Below, piece by piece: positions 1 through 9,292 of a stretch of 18,249 bases of DNA. Positions within the stretch are counted from its first letter, which is position 1. The number at the start of each line of letters is the position of its first letter. A program made the translations under genes and the position numbers. A model generated the notes under the pieces. That model worked only from the letters and a program-made list of their open reading frames with translations, ran no database searches and was not told the origin of the DNA. The DNA comes from an uncultured archaeon (lineage in GTDB: Archaea > Asgardarchaeota > Lokiarchaeia > Sigyniarchaeales > SOKP01), in contig CAYUTF010000066.1 of the NCBI GenBank assembly GCA_964447495.1, positions 1 to 18,249 on the forward strand. Reading direction: 5' to 3'.

Positions 1-76
1 TAGAAAAATCTATAAGAATTGGATTCTATATTACGGTTATTAGTTAGAATAGAATTAACGCGTAAAATGATCTTAA

Positions 77-343
77 ATGGGCATTAAAGATGAACTTGCT
101 AATATGAGGAAAGCCATGGAAAGCATGACTTCAGAACTCCATGAGACAAATATGGCAATCCGCGAATCACTTAAATTAACTTCCGACACTATTAAAGAAA
201 TGAGCCAGAACTTTTCTGTAACCCTAGAAAATACCTTAAAAACAATGCAGGATATGAAAATTCAGATGGATATTAGGGATACAATTATTAAGAGTTTGGG
301 CATAGAAGGCATGATTCCTGATTTCTTAAAGAAAAAAAAATAA
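77..343 (+). CDS. Hypothetical Met-rich amphipathic/coiled-coil protein (88 aa)
   Basis: Clean ATG..TAA ORF with regular hydrophobic periodicity (L/M/I every 3-4 residues); no Pro until the C-terminal IPDFLKKKK tail. Confidence 0.75.
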   Translation: MGIKDELANMRKAMESMTSELHETNMAIRESLKLTSDTIKEMSQNFSVTLENTLKTMQDMKIQMDIRDTIIKSLGIEGMIPDFLKKKK

Positions 344-357
344 GGTTTTCTATTAAA

Positions 358-543
358 TCACTTTTTTTCACTTCTCTGAAATATAATATAAAAAATAATT
401 AGAGAGATAATGTATACTATGGCTATGATTAACCATATATAAAATTCTTCACTATTAGATGAAATTAAATTTGAAATTGCCATGTAAATGAAAAATATAG
501 TGAATAAACTTAATAACCGAATTCTTGATTGAAGATTACTCAT
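358..543 (-). CDS. Small two-TM membrane protein (~61 aa)
   Basis: Two hydrophobic stretches (LLSLFTIFFIYMAI; FYIWLIIAIVYIISLIIFYIIF) with a short polar loop and charged tail. ATG at 543 preferred over the track's TTG start at 579. Confidence 0.6.
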   Translation of the reverse strand: MSNLQSRIRLLSLFTIFFIYMAISNLISSNSEEFYIWLIIAIVYIISLIIFYIIFQRSEKK

Positions 544-652
544 AATTTTAAACTCATTTATATTTCCTATAAAATTCAATAAATAAAATAATTTTTAAAA
601 TTAAAAGTATAATATTGTGTATTATAAGATTTTAAATTAATGATGTAGAAGA

Positions 653-853
653 ATGCCTAAAAATCCACCCTATTGCTATATATGTAAGAAAAATTGTGAT
701 GATATTATTGAGAAATGTGTGTATTGTATTTGCGATATTACTGTATGCGATACATGTCTTAATTCAGTGAAGATCAATGAGAATATTTGGATATGCCCCC
801 ACTGCAATGAAGAACATGATATTGAAAAGAGCAAGTTATTTAGAGATAAATGA
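653..853 (+). CDS. Stand-alone C4C4-type RING zinc finger protein (putative E3 ligase/adaptor)
   Basis: C8-x2-C11-x13-C25-x-C27-x4-C32-x2-C35-x12-C48-P-x-C51, a RING-type spacing ending in the typical CPxC. Confidence 0.75.
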   Translation: MPKNPPYCYICKKNCDDIIEKCVYCICDITVCDTCLNSVKINENIWICPHCNEEHDIEKSKLFRDK

Positions 854-1068
854 CTTTTATTGAGAAAGATTTTTTTATATAATTGAGTGAAATAAATAAA
901 GTTTTCTTAGCCAATGATGAAATTTTTAACTATGATTTAAGGTCTATGAAAATGAAAAAATCTAGGAAGTCTGAGGCTAAATTTTAAACTTAAAATTATG
1001 AAACATAAAGAAATATATACTTTTAAAATTTAATTAAGTTAAATATTAAGAGTAAGGCTGATAGAATT

Positions 1069-1560
1069 ATGTCTAAAATATCAAAAGTATTAGAAATCGA
1101 AAATTGTAATAAAGATCTTCTTGTAAAAGCGCTCTATATTTCAGAATTCTGGGAAGCAATTAAACCAACGAAGAAAATGGAAGCAAAGTTTATTGCTCCT
1201 AATGTATTACATACTAAAATTCACGATGAAATAAATGTTGTTAAAGTTCCAATAGAAATGGAAGGAGAATTAGTACTTATCGATAAAGGGGAAGATGGAG
1301 ATAAAGGAAGATTAATTGAATTTAATGTGAGAAATAATAAAGATGTGCGAGAATTGGAAGGGAGAATAAGAGTGAAATCATTATCAAATACTAAGTCAAA
1401 ATTAGGGATTTTCATTGAAACATTCTCACTAAGTTCTGATTTCTTAAATTTAATCGGTGGCGCTGCCGATTTGACTCTCCAATTGAAAATAACAGATATG
1501 CTGAGAAATTTAGAAAAATATTGCAAATCAAATAATTTGAATCATTTTCTAAAAAAATAA
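1069..1560 (+). CDS. Hypothetical protein, probable SRPBCC/START (CoxG-like) helix-grip fold
   Basis: 163 aa with the pattern strand, helix (KDLLVKAL..EFWEAIKP), several alternating beta strands, and a long C-terminal helix (LTLQLKITDMLRNLEKYC). Fold inferred from pattern only. Confidence 0.5.
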   Translation: MSKISKVLEIENCNKDLLVKALYISEFWEAIKPTKKMEAKFIAPNVLHTKIHDEINVVKVPIEMEGELVLIDKGEDGDKGRLIEFNVRNNKDVRELEGRIRVKSLSNTKSKLGIFIETFSLSSDFLNLIGGAADLTLQLKITDMLRNLEKYCKSNNLNHFLKK

Positions 1561-1607
1561 TAGATTTTGTTTTCCAAAAGAATTTTATTGGTAAACAATT
1601 TTTATAA

Positions 1608-1628
1608 TATCAGAGATATTATCTGATA
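1608..1628. promoter_or_regulatory. Inverted repeat (candidate operator) just downstream of a TATA-like box
   Basis: TATCAGA-N7-TCTGATA with perfect 7-bp arms; TTTATAAT at 1601-1608; ATG at 1643. Confidence 0.4.
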
Positions 1629-1642
1629 GCTTAGAATGAAAA

Positions 1643-2488
1643 ATGAATATCTGGATTTTAGATTCTGAGAGTGGGATTACTTTACTATACAAATCTTATT
1701 TGTCCTTGCCTCTAGATGAGGATTTGGTGAGTGGATTATTAGCGGCATTAAATCAGTTTACAGTATTCGAGTTTCAAGAGGGCATAGAATCGATTGACAT
1801 GGGTGGGTTGCGTTGGGTTTACTTAGAAGATAAAGAGTTAAAGCTTTTATTCGTAGCGGCTTCTGAAAAAGATGTAAGCTCGAATATATTAAAAGCACGC
1901 TTAAATATTATTAAACAGACTTTCATTTCCCAATATGCCAGTGATAATGAAGAATGGAAAGCCCTGTGGAAGGGTAATACAGATCATTTTAATCCATTTA
2001 AAAAAATAATTGAAGAGTACTATTCTCAATGGCTTACAGCCGAAAATATTACAACCATCGCTGAATTTTATGATATTTTGGGAGTATTCCAACAAATTTT
2101 AAATTTACTCATAAATTTGATAGAGGCTCATATGATCCCTGATAAAAAGGAAAGAATTTATATTAGAATTGAAAGTATGTTCGAAAATTATCTAAGTCAT
2201 GATTATGTCAGACAACACCCTGAATTAAGTAAATTTTCCTTCAATCCAACCACTGGAATAAATATCATTAATATAGATCCTACAAATTGTGATATGTTAG
2301 TAGTCGAAAAACAAATCATAAACTTAATCAGAAGACTTGTTGAATTGATTAAAATTGAAGAGGGTTATCAAAAAAGTTTGAATTATTTCATTGAAGAAAA
2401 TATTTTTGATTACATAATATCAAACATGGCGCTTTTAAGTGAATTAAATCTGTTTAAATTCCTCTTAAGACTATTTTTATTGAAATAA
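1643..2488 (+). CDS. Longin-like domain protein with helical C-terminal region
   Basis: N-terminal IWILDSESGITLLYKSY..DEDLVSGLLAALNQF..IESIDMGGLRWVY..LLFVAAS..helix matches the beta-beta-alpha-beta-beta-beta-alpha longin pattern common in Asgard archaea. Confidence 0.7.
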   Translation: MNIWILDSESGITLLYKSYLSLPLDEDLVSGLLAALNQFTVFEFQEGIESIDMGGLRWVYLEDKELKLLFVAASEKDVSSNILKARLNIIKQTFISQYASDNEEWKALWKGNTDHFNPFKKIIEEYYSQWLTAENITTIAEFYDILGVFQQILNLLINLIEAHMIPDKKERIYIRIESMFENYLSHDYVRQHPELSKFSFNPTTGINIINIDPTNCDMLVVEKQIINLIRRLVELIKIEEGYQKSLNYFIEENIFDYIISNMALLSELNLFKFLLRLFLLK

Positions 2489-2615
2489 AGTATAGGAAAG
2501 GATATTTAGAACCCATATACTTTACTGTAAATCTCTTGTTTTTAAATTATGAATAGATTTATTAAACCCTATTTATTAAATTTAATATCAAAATATATCT
2601 TATTGTAGAGTAGAT

Positions 2616-3914
2616 ATGGACATCCCTCTTTTAATTTTACTTTTTATCCTTTTTGCGCTAGTTATTGCTAGCTACTCTATTGCAAAACTTGATTTTGTTG
2701 CTATTTCCTTAATTTGCATGTTCTATGGAGCAACAATTACGGGTTTGAAAATGGGAATTGAATTTTCTGAATTCATTGGATACGTTGAATGGGAGGCGAT
2801 AATTATTATATTAAGTATGAGCATTATCACGAAGATCGCTCAAGATTCGAATGTTTTAGAATATGTTGCAGTCAAATTATTTAAAATATCGAGAGGAAAC
2901 AGAAAAGTATTTTTGTATTTATTATGTACAATCACCACATTATTAGCAGCGATAATTACAGATGTGGTTGTTGTTTTGATCCTTGCTCCTGTTGTTGTTC
3001 GTCTTTGTCATTTTCTAAAAATTAGATCCGGTACATATCTACTCGGTATGACCATCTGTATAAATATTGGCTCAATCATAACTCCTTTCTCGAGTGGTGA
3101 GAATATTATCATATCTACGGCATTTGGATTAGATACAGGATACTTTTTCCAATATTACTGGATTTTCTCATTTCTTTTACTTTTTCTTACTATTTTTCTT
3201 ATTGATAAATATATGTTATCAAAAGAACCAAATATTGATGAAGAACAAAAGAGATTTGTTTTAGAGTTAGTGGATGCCGATGTAATGATAAAAAATAAAA
3301 AAATTTTCTATTTTAATAGCATCGCAATAATTATTACAATTATTCTCTTTGCAATTTTACCCTTACTGTATTTAACCGCAATTATTTCAGCATTAATCTT
3401 AGTACTTGTAAACAAGGCTTATACAAAGAAATCAATGGGAGAATTATTAAAAGATATTGAATGGGAAATTATCTTCTTTTTCATTTCATTATATATTATA
3501 ATTGGCTGCCTACTCCAAGCGGGATTTAGAGATTTGTTTTTGGGTATCCCATTTGAATTGTTCAATCCTGTATTACTCTCGTTAATCTTGTTAATCTTTA
3601 TTAGTTTAATTTCGGGTTTTGTAGCAAATACTCCCACAGCACTCATATTTATACCGATAGTCAGTACACTCATCGAAACATTTAACTTTCCCTCGGTTCC
3701 ATTACTCTTTGCATTTATTTTCGCAATAAACCTTGGAGGGAATCTAATACCTCAAGGAGCAGCGGCAGATATGATGACATTAAAGGTTGCTCAAGATAGT
3801 GGTGTAGAAAATCTAAATTACAAGCGTTTACTTAAATCAGGAGCCGTTTTTGCATTAATTCATATACTTTGTTCTTTATTGTACTTGTTCGTATTAAATC
3901 TATTTGTAGGTTAA
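2616..3914 (+). CDS. ArsB/NhaD (IT superfamily, SLC13/P-protein-like) ion or anion permease
   Basis: 432 aa, many TM helices in two repeated halves; motifs VEWEAIIIIL/IEWEIIFFF, NIGSIITP, SGFVANTP, NLGGNLIPQGAAA. Confidence 0.85.
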   Translation: MDIPLLILLFILFALVIASYSIAKLDFVAISLICMFYGATITGLKMGIEFSEFIGYVEWEAIIIILSMSIITKIAQDSNVLEYVAVKLFKISRGNRKVFLYLLCTITTLLAAIITDVVVVLILAPVVVRLCHFLKIRSGTYLLGMTICINIGSIITPFSSGENIIISTAFGLDTGYFFQYYWIFSFLLLFLTIFLIDKYMLSKEPNIDEEQKRFVLELVDADVMIKNKKIFYFNSIAIIITIILFAILPLLYLTAIISALILVLVNKAYTKKSMGELLKDIEWEIIFFFISLYIIIGCLLQAGFRDLFLGIPFELFNPVLLSLILLIFISLISGFVANTPTALIFIPIVSTLIETFNFPSVPLLFAFIFAINLGGNLIPQGAAADMMTLKVAQDSGVENLNYKRLLKSGAVFALIHILCSLLYLFVLNLFVG

Positions 3915-3951
3915 GAAAAAAGAAGTCAAAAAGAAAGGAGTGATTCATAGA

Positions 3952-5205
3952 TTATGGGAAGAAGCCTCTTAACTGTATAGCTTTTGCAACTCTAGACACT
4001 GCAATAATGTAAGCGGCGGTTCGAAGAGGAATACCTCTTGCTACAGAAATTTTATAGGTTTCTTCAAAAGCTTCAAGAATTATTCGCTCCAATTCTTGAT
4101 TGATTCTATCCAATTTCCAGAAATAGGAATGAATATCTTGAATATATTCAAAGTAAGAGACACAAACTCCTCCACTATTAGCTAAAATGTCCGGTACCAC
4201 ATGTATTCCTTTATTGAATAGTATCACATCCGCTTTTGGAGTTGTTGGTCCATTTGCACCCTCAAGAACAATCTTACAATCAATTTGATCGGCATTTTTC
4301 TCTGTGATTTGATTTTCAATCGCAGCTGGCACCAAAACATCACATTTAGAAGTAAGTAATTCATCATTACTAATATATCTATAATTTTTATCTTGATATT
4401 CTTTGAGATAATTATCACTCTTGGTCCATTTCAATAGCTTTTCAATATCTAATCCTTTTTCGCAGAAAATTCCTGTTGATATGTCAGAAACAGCTAAAAT
4501 CTTACACCCTTCTTTATACAACAACTCTGCGATAGTTCCACCAACATTACCCAATCCTTGAATTATAACGCTTAAATTTTTGAGATCGAAATTTAATTTT
4601 TTACATAAAGCCTTTAAAACAAAATACAATCCCATTCCAGTAGCTGGTTCTCTACCAACCGAGCCCCCAATTTCTATTGGTTTACCCGTTACTACTCCCG
4701 GTATAGAACGTCCCTTTTGCATTGAATATACATCCATCATCCAGGCCATAATTTGTGCGTTAGTATTAATATCAGGAGCAGGAATGTCTATATCGGGACC
4801 AATAATATTTATTATCTCTGCTGTATATCTTCGAGTTAATCTCTCTAACTCCTTCATTGAAAGCTTTCTAGGGTCTACTCTTATTCCCCCTTTCGCACCA
4901 CCTAAGGGAAGGTTAAGTAGTGAGGATTTCCATGTCATCCAAGTTGCAAGAGCTTTTACTTCATCAAGATTTACGTTTGGGGCAAATCTTATCCCTCCTT
5001 TTCCAGGTCCTCTCACTGTCGAATGATGAACTCGATACCCTTCAAAAATCTGGACAGAACCATCATCCATCTTGATTGGAATAGATACAATCAATGCTCG
5101 TTCTATTCTCTTAAGATATTCCGTTGTGTTTTTATCTAACCCCAATTCTTTGGCAACAATCTCAATTTGGGCTTTTGCAACATCATATGGATTTATTTCC
5201 ACCAA
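3952..5205 (-). CDS. gdhA: Glu/Leu/Phe/Val dehydrogenase, probable glutamate dehydrogenase (copy 1)
   Basis: GPGKGGIRF, MTWK, GGAKGG, DIPAPD, VTGKP..GGS.GR, QGLGNVG, EGANGPTT. TTG start with AGGTGA SD at 5209-5214. Confidence 0.93.
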   Translation of the reverse strand: MVEINPYDVAKAQIEIVAKELGLDKNTTEYLKRIERALIVSIPIKMDDGSVQIFEGYRVHHSTVRGPGKGGIRFAPNVNLDEVKALATWMTWKSSLLNLPLGGAKGGIRVDPRKLSMKELERLTRRYTAEIINIIGPDIDIPAPDINTNAQIMAWMMDVYSMQKGRSIPGVVTGKPIEIGGSVGREPATGMGLYFVLKALCKKLNFDLKNLSVIIQGLGNVGGTIAELLYKEGCKILAVSDISTGIFCEKGLDIEKLLKWTKSDNYLKEYQDKNYRYISNDELLTSKCDVLVPAAIENQITEKNADQIDCKIVLEGANGPTTPKADVILFNKGIHVVPDILANSGGVCVSYFEYIQDIHSYFWKLDRINQELERIILEAFEETYKISVARGIPLRTAAYIIAVSRVAKAIQLRGFFP

Positions 5206-5363
5206 TATTCACCTATATATCTCCATCGTTATTTTTTAATATTAAATAATTTAAATGAAATATATGTATGAATAAGATTGATTTATTAAAGATTTTACTC
5301 TTTTAATGACCAAAATGAAAAATAGGTAAATAATATAAGAAATAGAAAATTAATTAAAGACTT

Positions 5364-6614
5364 TTATATCCAGCCTCTTAATTGCATAGCCTCAATGACT
5401 CTATCAATGGATACCATATATGCCCCCATCCGATTGTGAGTATTAACTTGCTTTGCATGCTCTACAGTAGATCTGTAGGCATTTGTCATAATTCTATCAA
5501 GAGCCACAAATACTTCCTCTTCTGTCCAAAAATATTGGTAATATCCTTGAACCATCTCGAAATAAGACACTGTTACTCCACCAGCGTTGCATAAAAAGTC
5601 GGGAATTAAAAGTATATTATTATCATATAAAATATTATCAGCTGAAGGGGTAGTTGGTCCATTTGCTAACTCTGCTATGATTTTTGTGTCAATACTTGAA
5701 GCATTTTTTTTTGTTATTACGTTTTCTAAAGCAGCAGGAACTAAAACATCGCATTCTAATTCTAAGAGGTCCTCATTAGTTATTTGTTTCGTTCCATTTA
5801 GTCCTACTACACTTCTGGTTTTTTCTTTATGGTCAGCTGCAGCATGAGGATCAATCCCATCGGGGTTATAAATCCCTCCCTTAGAATCCGAAACTGCAAT
5901 TACTTTGCATCCAAAATCGTCATTTAAAAGTTTAGCTGCCCAAGAACCAGCATTTCCATATCCTTGAATGGCTACTGTGGCACCTTTTAAATCTAATCCT
6001 ATATCTTTTGCTGCTTCTCTAATACAAAAAACTCCACCTTTAGCTGTAGCAATAGCTCTTCCAGCACTTCCACCTATTGGTAATGGTTTTCCTGTAATAA
6101 CTGACGGTGCATGATGTCGAACTATCATTTCATATTCATCCATCATCCAAGCCATAATTTGCGGATTTGTGTACACATCTGGAGCGGGAACATCAATGTG
6201 GGGTCCAATAAAGTCCGCTATGTGTCGAATATAACCTCTAGCTAAGGTTTCAAGTTCCCTATCACTCATATCTTTAGGATTGCATATTATTCCCCCTTTA
6301 GCACCCCCAAGAGGGATATCAACGCAAGCTGTTTTCCAAGTCATCCATGCACTCAATGCTTTTACTAATGAAGCACTTTCATCAGGATGCCATCGAATTC
6401 CCCCCTTCATTGGACCTCGGGCAGAATTATATTGACTTCGAAAACCTTTAAATGTTTTCAGATGCCCATTATCCATTTTTATCGTGATTTTTAGTTGAAT
6501 AAAACGTTCTGGTTGACATAATGTTTCATAAATTTCTTTATCATATCCCTTAATTTTACAAGCTTCAGAAAGTTGCATTTGAGAAATTTCAAAAGGGTCT
6601 AAATTTTCACTCAT
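5364..6614 (-). CDS. gdhA: Glutamate dehydrogenase (copy 2, Thermococcales-like motifs)
   Basis: [75 protein letters not shown]. Confidence 0.95.
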   Translation of the reverse strand: MSENLDPFEISQMQLSEACKIKGYDKEIYETLCQPERFIQLKITIKMDNGHLKTFKGFRSQYNSARGPMKGGIRWHPDESASLVKALSAWMTWKTACVDIPLGGAKGGIICNPKDMSDRELETLARGYIRHIADFIGPHIDVPAPDVYTNPQIMAWMMDEYEMIVRHHAPSVITGKPLPIGGSAGRAIATAKGGVFCIREAAKDIGLDLKGATVAIQGYGNAGSWAAKLLNDDFGCKVIAVSDSKGGIYNPDGIDPHAAADHKEKTRSVVGLNGTKQITNEDLLELECDVLVPAALENVITKKNASSIDTKIIAELANGPTTPSADNILYDNNILLIPDFLCNAGGVTVSYFEMVQGYYQYFWTEEEVFVALDRIMTNAYRSTVEHAKQVNTHNRMGAYMVSIDRVIEAMQLRGWI

Positions 6615-6674
6615 TATTTACTCAATTTTATCCAATTAATTTTAGTTTTTAATAATATGTACTATTAAATATTA

Positions 6675-6692
6675 AACAAATTTTAATTTGTT
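6675..6692. promoter_or_regulatory. Inverted repeat upstream of gdh copy 2
   Basis: AACAAATT-TT-AATTTGTT with perfect 8-bp arms, about 60 nt upstream of the start codon at 6614. Confidence 0.35.
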
Positions 6693-6766
6693 GGGGGAAT
6701 ATGTTGGGAATTGGACGTTTAGATAAAAAGTAATCATCAAAAATGTAAATAATAGGAGAATTGTTA

Positions 6767-6785
6767 CAAAAAAAAAAATTAAAAA
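6767..6785 (-). terminator. Oligo-T tract after nfnB (candidate archaeal intrinsic terminator)
   Basis: Long A run on the + strand (T tract on the coding strand) directly after the stop codon at 6786. Confidence 0.4.
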
Positions 6786-8180
6786 TTATTTTAAGGCATT
6801 TTCTTTAAGATACTTATCGATTGCAATCGCAGCATTTCGTCCTGCACCCATGGCAGAAATTACTGTAGCAGAACCTGTTACTATATCTCCACCAGCAAAT
6901 ATATCCATAATATTAGTTTGACCATTTTCATTCGTTTCAATATACCCATATTTATTTAATTTCAATTCTGGAATAGTCTTAGTTAGCACCGGATTAGCAT
7001 TAGTTCCTATAGCTAATATAACCGTATCAGTAGGGATATAGAATTCTGAATTCTTAATCGGAATTGGTCTTCTACGACCAGAATCATCCGGTTCTCCTAA
7101 CTCCATTTTTATAACCTGTAATTCTTTGACATTACTATCTCCATCTCCTATGATCTCTATAGGATTTGTAAGAAATTGAAATTGAATTCCCTCTTCTAAG
7201 GCATGATGATACTCTTCCATCCTTGCAGGCATCTCAGTTTCGCTCCTTCTATAGACAACCATAACTTTCTCAGCACCTAATCTTAAAGCTACTCTTGCAG
7301 AATCTAATGCGACATTACCTCCTCCGATAACGGTTATAATTCTTCCAATCTTAATCGGAGTGTCATATTCTGGAAATAGATACGCTTTCATTAGATTTGC
7401 TCGCGTTAAAAATTCATTAGCACTTAAAACACCATTCAAATTCAAACCGGGCATATTTAATATGATTGGTAAACCTGCTCCCACTCCAATAAAAAACGCC
7501 TTATAACCCATTTCTCGCAAGTCATTAATTGTCAAGATTTTACCGATAATTTTATTGTATTCAATCTTAACACCGAGCATCTCTAACGTTTCAATTTCAT
7601 CCTTCACTATTTCCTTAGGTAAACGAAACTCAGGAATTCCATATACTAAAACGCCCCCTCCTTTATGGAATGCCTCGTAAATAGTTACATTATATCCTTC
7701 CTTTGCAAGATCAGCCGCACAAGTTAAACCTGCGGGACCTGAACCGATAATTGCTACTTTTATATCATTTGGAGGTTTACATTCTGGACATGCTTTCATT
7801 TGATTTTGTCGTTCCCAATCGGCAACGAATCTCTCTAAGCTTCCAATCGCAAGGGGTTCTCCTTTTCGACCTAATATGCATTCTTTTTCACATTGAGTTT
7901 CTTGAGGACAGACTCTTCCACATATTGCTGGTAATATATTGAATTGTTTAATATATTCAATTGATTTTCTGTAATCACTTTCTTTAATGAATTTTATAAA
8001 ACCGGGAATGTCCACATTAACGGGACATCCATTTATGCATGTTGGTTCTGCACATTGCACACATCTATCTGCTTCTTGTTGAGCCATTTCCACAGTAAAT
8101 CCCTGTGGAACCTCATTAAAGTTAAAGATTCTTACTTTTGGATCCTGTTGTGGCATTACTTGTCTTGGTTTTTTAACCAT
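6786..8180 (-). CDS. nfnB: NADH-dependent reduced ferredoxin:NADP+ oxidoreductase large subunit (NfnB/SudA; GltD-like)
   Basis: Fe-S motifs RCVQCAEPTCINGCP and CGRVCPQETQCEKEC; FAD-binding GSGPAG; NADPH-binding GGGNVALD..YRR; FAGGDIVTG; directly downstream of nfnA; SD AGGTGA at 8188-8193. Confidence 0.9.
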   Translation of the reverse strand: MVKKPRQVMPQQDPKVRIFNFNEVPQGFTVEMAQQEADRCVQCAEPTCINGCPVNVDIPGFIKFIKESDYRKSIEYIKQFNILPAICGRVCPQETQCEKECILGRKGEPLAIGSLERFVADWERQNQMKACPECKPPNDIKVAIIGSGPAGLTCAADLAKEGYNVTIYEAFHKGGGVLVYGIPEFRLPKEIVKDEIETLEMLGVKIEYNKIIGKILTINDLREMGYKAFFIGVGAGLPIILNMPGLNLNGVLSANEFLTRANLMKAYLFPEYDTPIKIGRIITVIGGGNVALDSARVALRLGAEKVMVVYRRSETEMPARMEEYHHALEEGIQFQFLTNPIEIIGDGDSNVKELQVIKMELGEPDDSGRRRPIPIKNSEFYIPTDTVILAIGTNANPVLTKTIPELKLNKYGYIETNENGQTNIMDIFAGGDIVTGSATVISAMGAGRNAAIAIDKYLKENALK

Positions 8181-8192
8181 CTTATTATCACC

Positions 8193-9065
8193 TTACTTTA
8201 AATTATGTATTTTTTCGCATTGATGTACATATTTCTCCATTGAAATCTTTTCTTGAGCAATATATCTGGTTGAGCGTTTCATGAGATTATCAAAATCTAC
8301 AGTATGGCCGTCTACATCTGGCCCATCAACACAGGCAAAATGAAAATTCCCATCAATCGTAGGAAATCTACACCCTCCACACATTCCAGTTCCATCAACC
8401 ATGATAGTATTTAAAGATACTGTCGTTTCAATAAAGGGCAATTCTGCTTTACCATTTGTTGCTCGAACCACATTCTTCATCATTATCAAAGGACCAATAG
8501 CAATAACCAAACTTATCGGTTCCTTACTAATAATTTCTTTTAAGGGGTCTGTAACAAATCCCTTAATACTTTCACTGCCATCATCGGTAGTTATTATTAA
8601 TTTATCGCTTATTGCGGCAAATTTATCTTTCCAGAAGAGTAAATCGGCAGTTTTTGCTCCTATTATTGAGTAGACTTTGTTACCCGCCTCTTTTAATTCC
8701 TTAACTTGAGGAAAACAAGGCGCTATACCGACTCCCCCACCAATAACAATAATAGGATTTTGAAATTTTTTAATATGAATACTATTACCTAAGGGTCCGA
8801 CGACATCTAAAATTTCTTGACCTTCCTCCAGATTTGAAAGGTGAGTTGTACTTTTTCCTACAACTTGAAAGACAATAGTTATTGTCCCTTTTTCGGAGTT
8901 ATAATCGGCGATGGTAAGAGGAAATCTTTCTCCAGTCTCATCAATTCTGATTAGAACAAAATTACCCGCAAATGCTTTTTTGGCGATTAATGGTGTATCC
9001 AACACCATTTCAAATAAAGTTCCGCTATTTCCTAATTGGTTTTTTCTAAGAATTTTATAAGGCAA
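8193..9065 (-). CDS. nfnA: Nfn small subunit (NfnA/SudB; FNR-like flavoprotein with 2Fe-2S)
   Basis: GERFPLTIAD, VVGKST, GPLG, GGGVGIAP, TDDGS, IGPLIMM, MVDGTGMCGGCR..FACVDGP. TTG start with AGGAGG SD at 9075-9080. Confidence 0.92.
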   Translation of the reverse strand: MPYKILRKNQLGNSGTLFEMVLDTPLIAKKAFAGNFVLIRIDETGERFPLTIADYNSEKGTITIVFQVVGKSTTHLSNLEEGQEILDVVGPLGNSIHIKKFQNPIIVIGGGVGIAPCFPQVKELKEAGNKVYSIIGAKTADLLFWKDKFAAISDKLIITTDDGSESIKGFVTDPLKEIISKEPISLVIAIGPLIMMKNVVRATNGKAELPFIETTVSLNTIMVDGTGMCGGCRFPTIDGNFHFACVDGPDVDGHTVDFDNLMKRSTRYIAQEKISMEKYVHQCEKIHNLK

Positions 9066-9173
9066 ATTTTAGAGCCTCCTAAATTCCTTATTGATTTTTA
9101 AAGTCTAATCTTTTAAGAATTAACAATTATGAAAATAATCTAAAATTAAAAAAGTATTTGATCATAAACAGAA

Positions 9174-9193
9174 ATCAAATTTCTAGATTTGAT
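9174..9193. promoter_or_regulatory. Inverted repeat in the divergent nfnA/guaA intergenic region
   Basis: ATCAAAT-N6-ATTTGAT with perfect 7-bp arms; an extra ATTTGAT half-site at 9156-9162. Confidence 0.35.
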
Positions 9194-9250
9194 AATAATA
9201 AAGAAGAATTTCATATATATAATATAGAGGGAAATAATTTTAAAGCGCAA

Positions 9251-9264
9251 GTATTTATAAATAC
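9251..9264 (+). promoter_or_regulatory. Probable TATA box of guaA
   Basis: GTATTTATAAATAC containing TTTATAAA about 30 nt upstream of ATG 9293, preceded by a purine-rich BRE-like stretch. Confidence 0.5.
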
Positions 9265-9292
9265 AAGAGATTTATTTTAAGGTTTGCATATT

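Noticed and set aside
851-890. Selenocysteine read-through of the RING gene's TGA
   Set aside because: The TGA is not at a Cys-equivalent position, another stop follows within about 11 codons, and no SECIS-like hairpin is evident.
854-1068. Short ATG-initiated ORFs in the RING-SRPBCC spacer
   Set aside because: Very short, with no SD or motif support.
6786-8180. Annotation as canonical glutamate synthase small subunit gltD
   Set aside because: Tight coupling to an NfnA/SudB gene and absence of a full-length gltB fit NfnAB better.
9251-9264. Perfect 14-bp palindrome as a dedicated operator
   Set aside because: Mostly explained by the self-complementary TTTATAAA TATA box.
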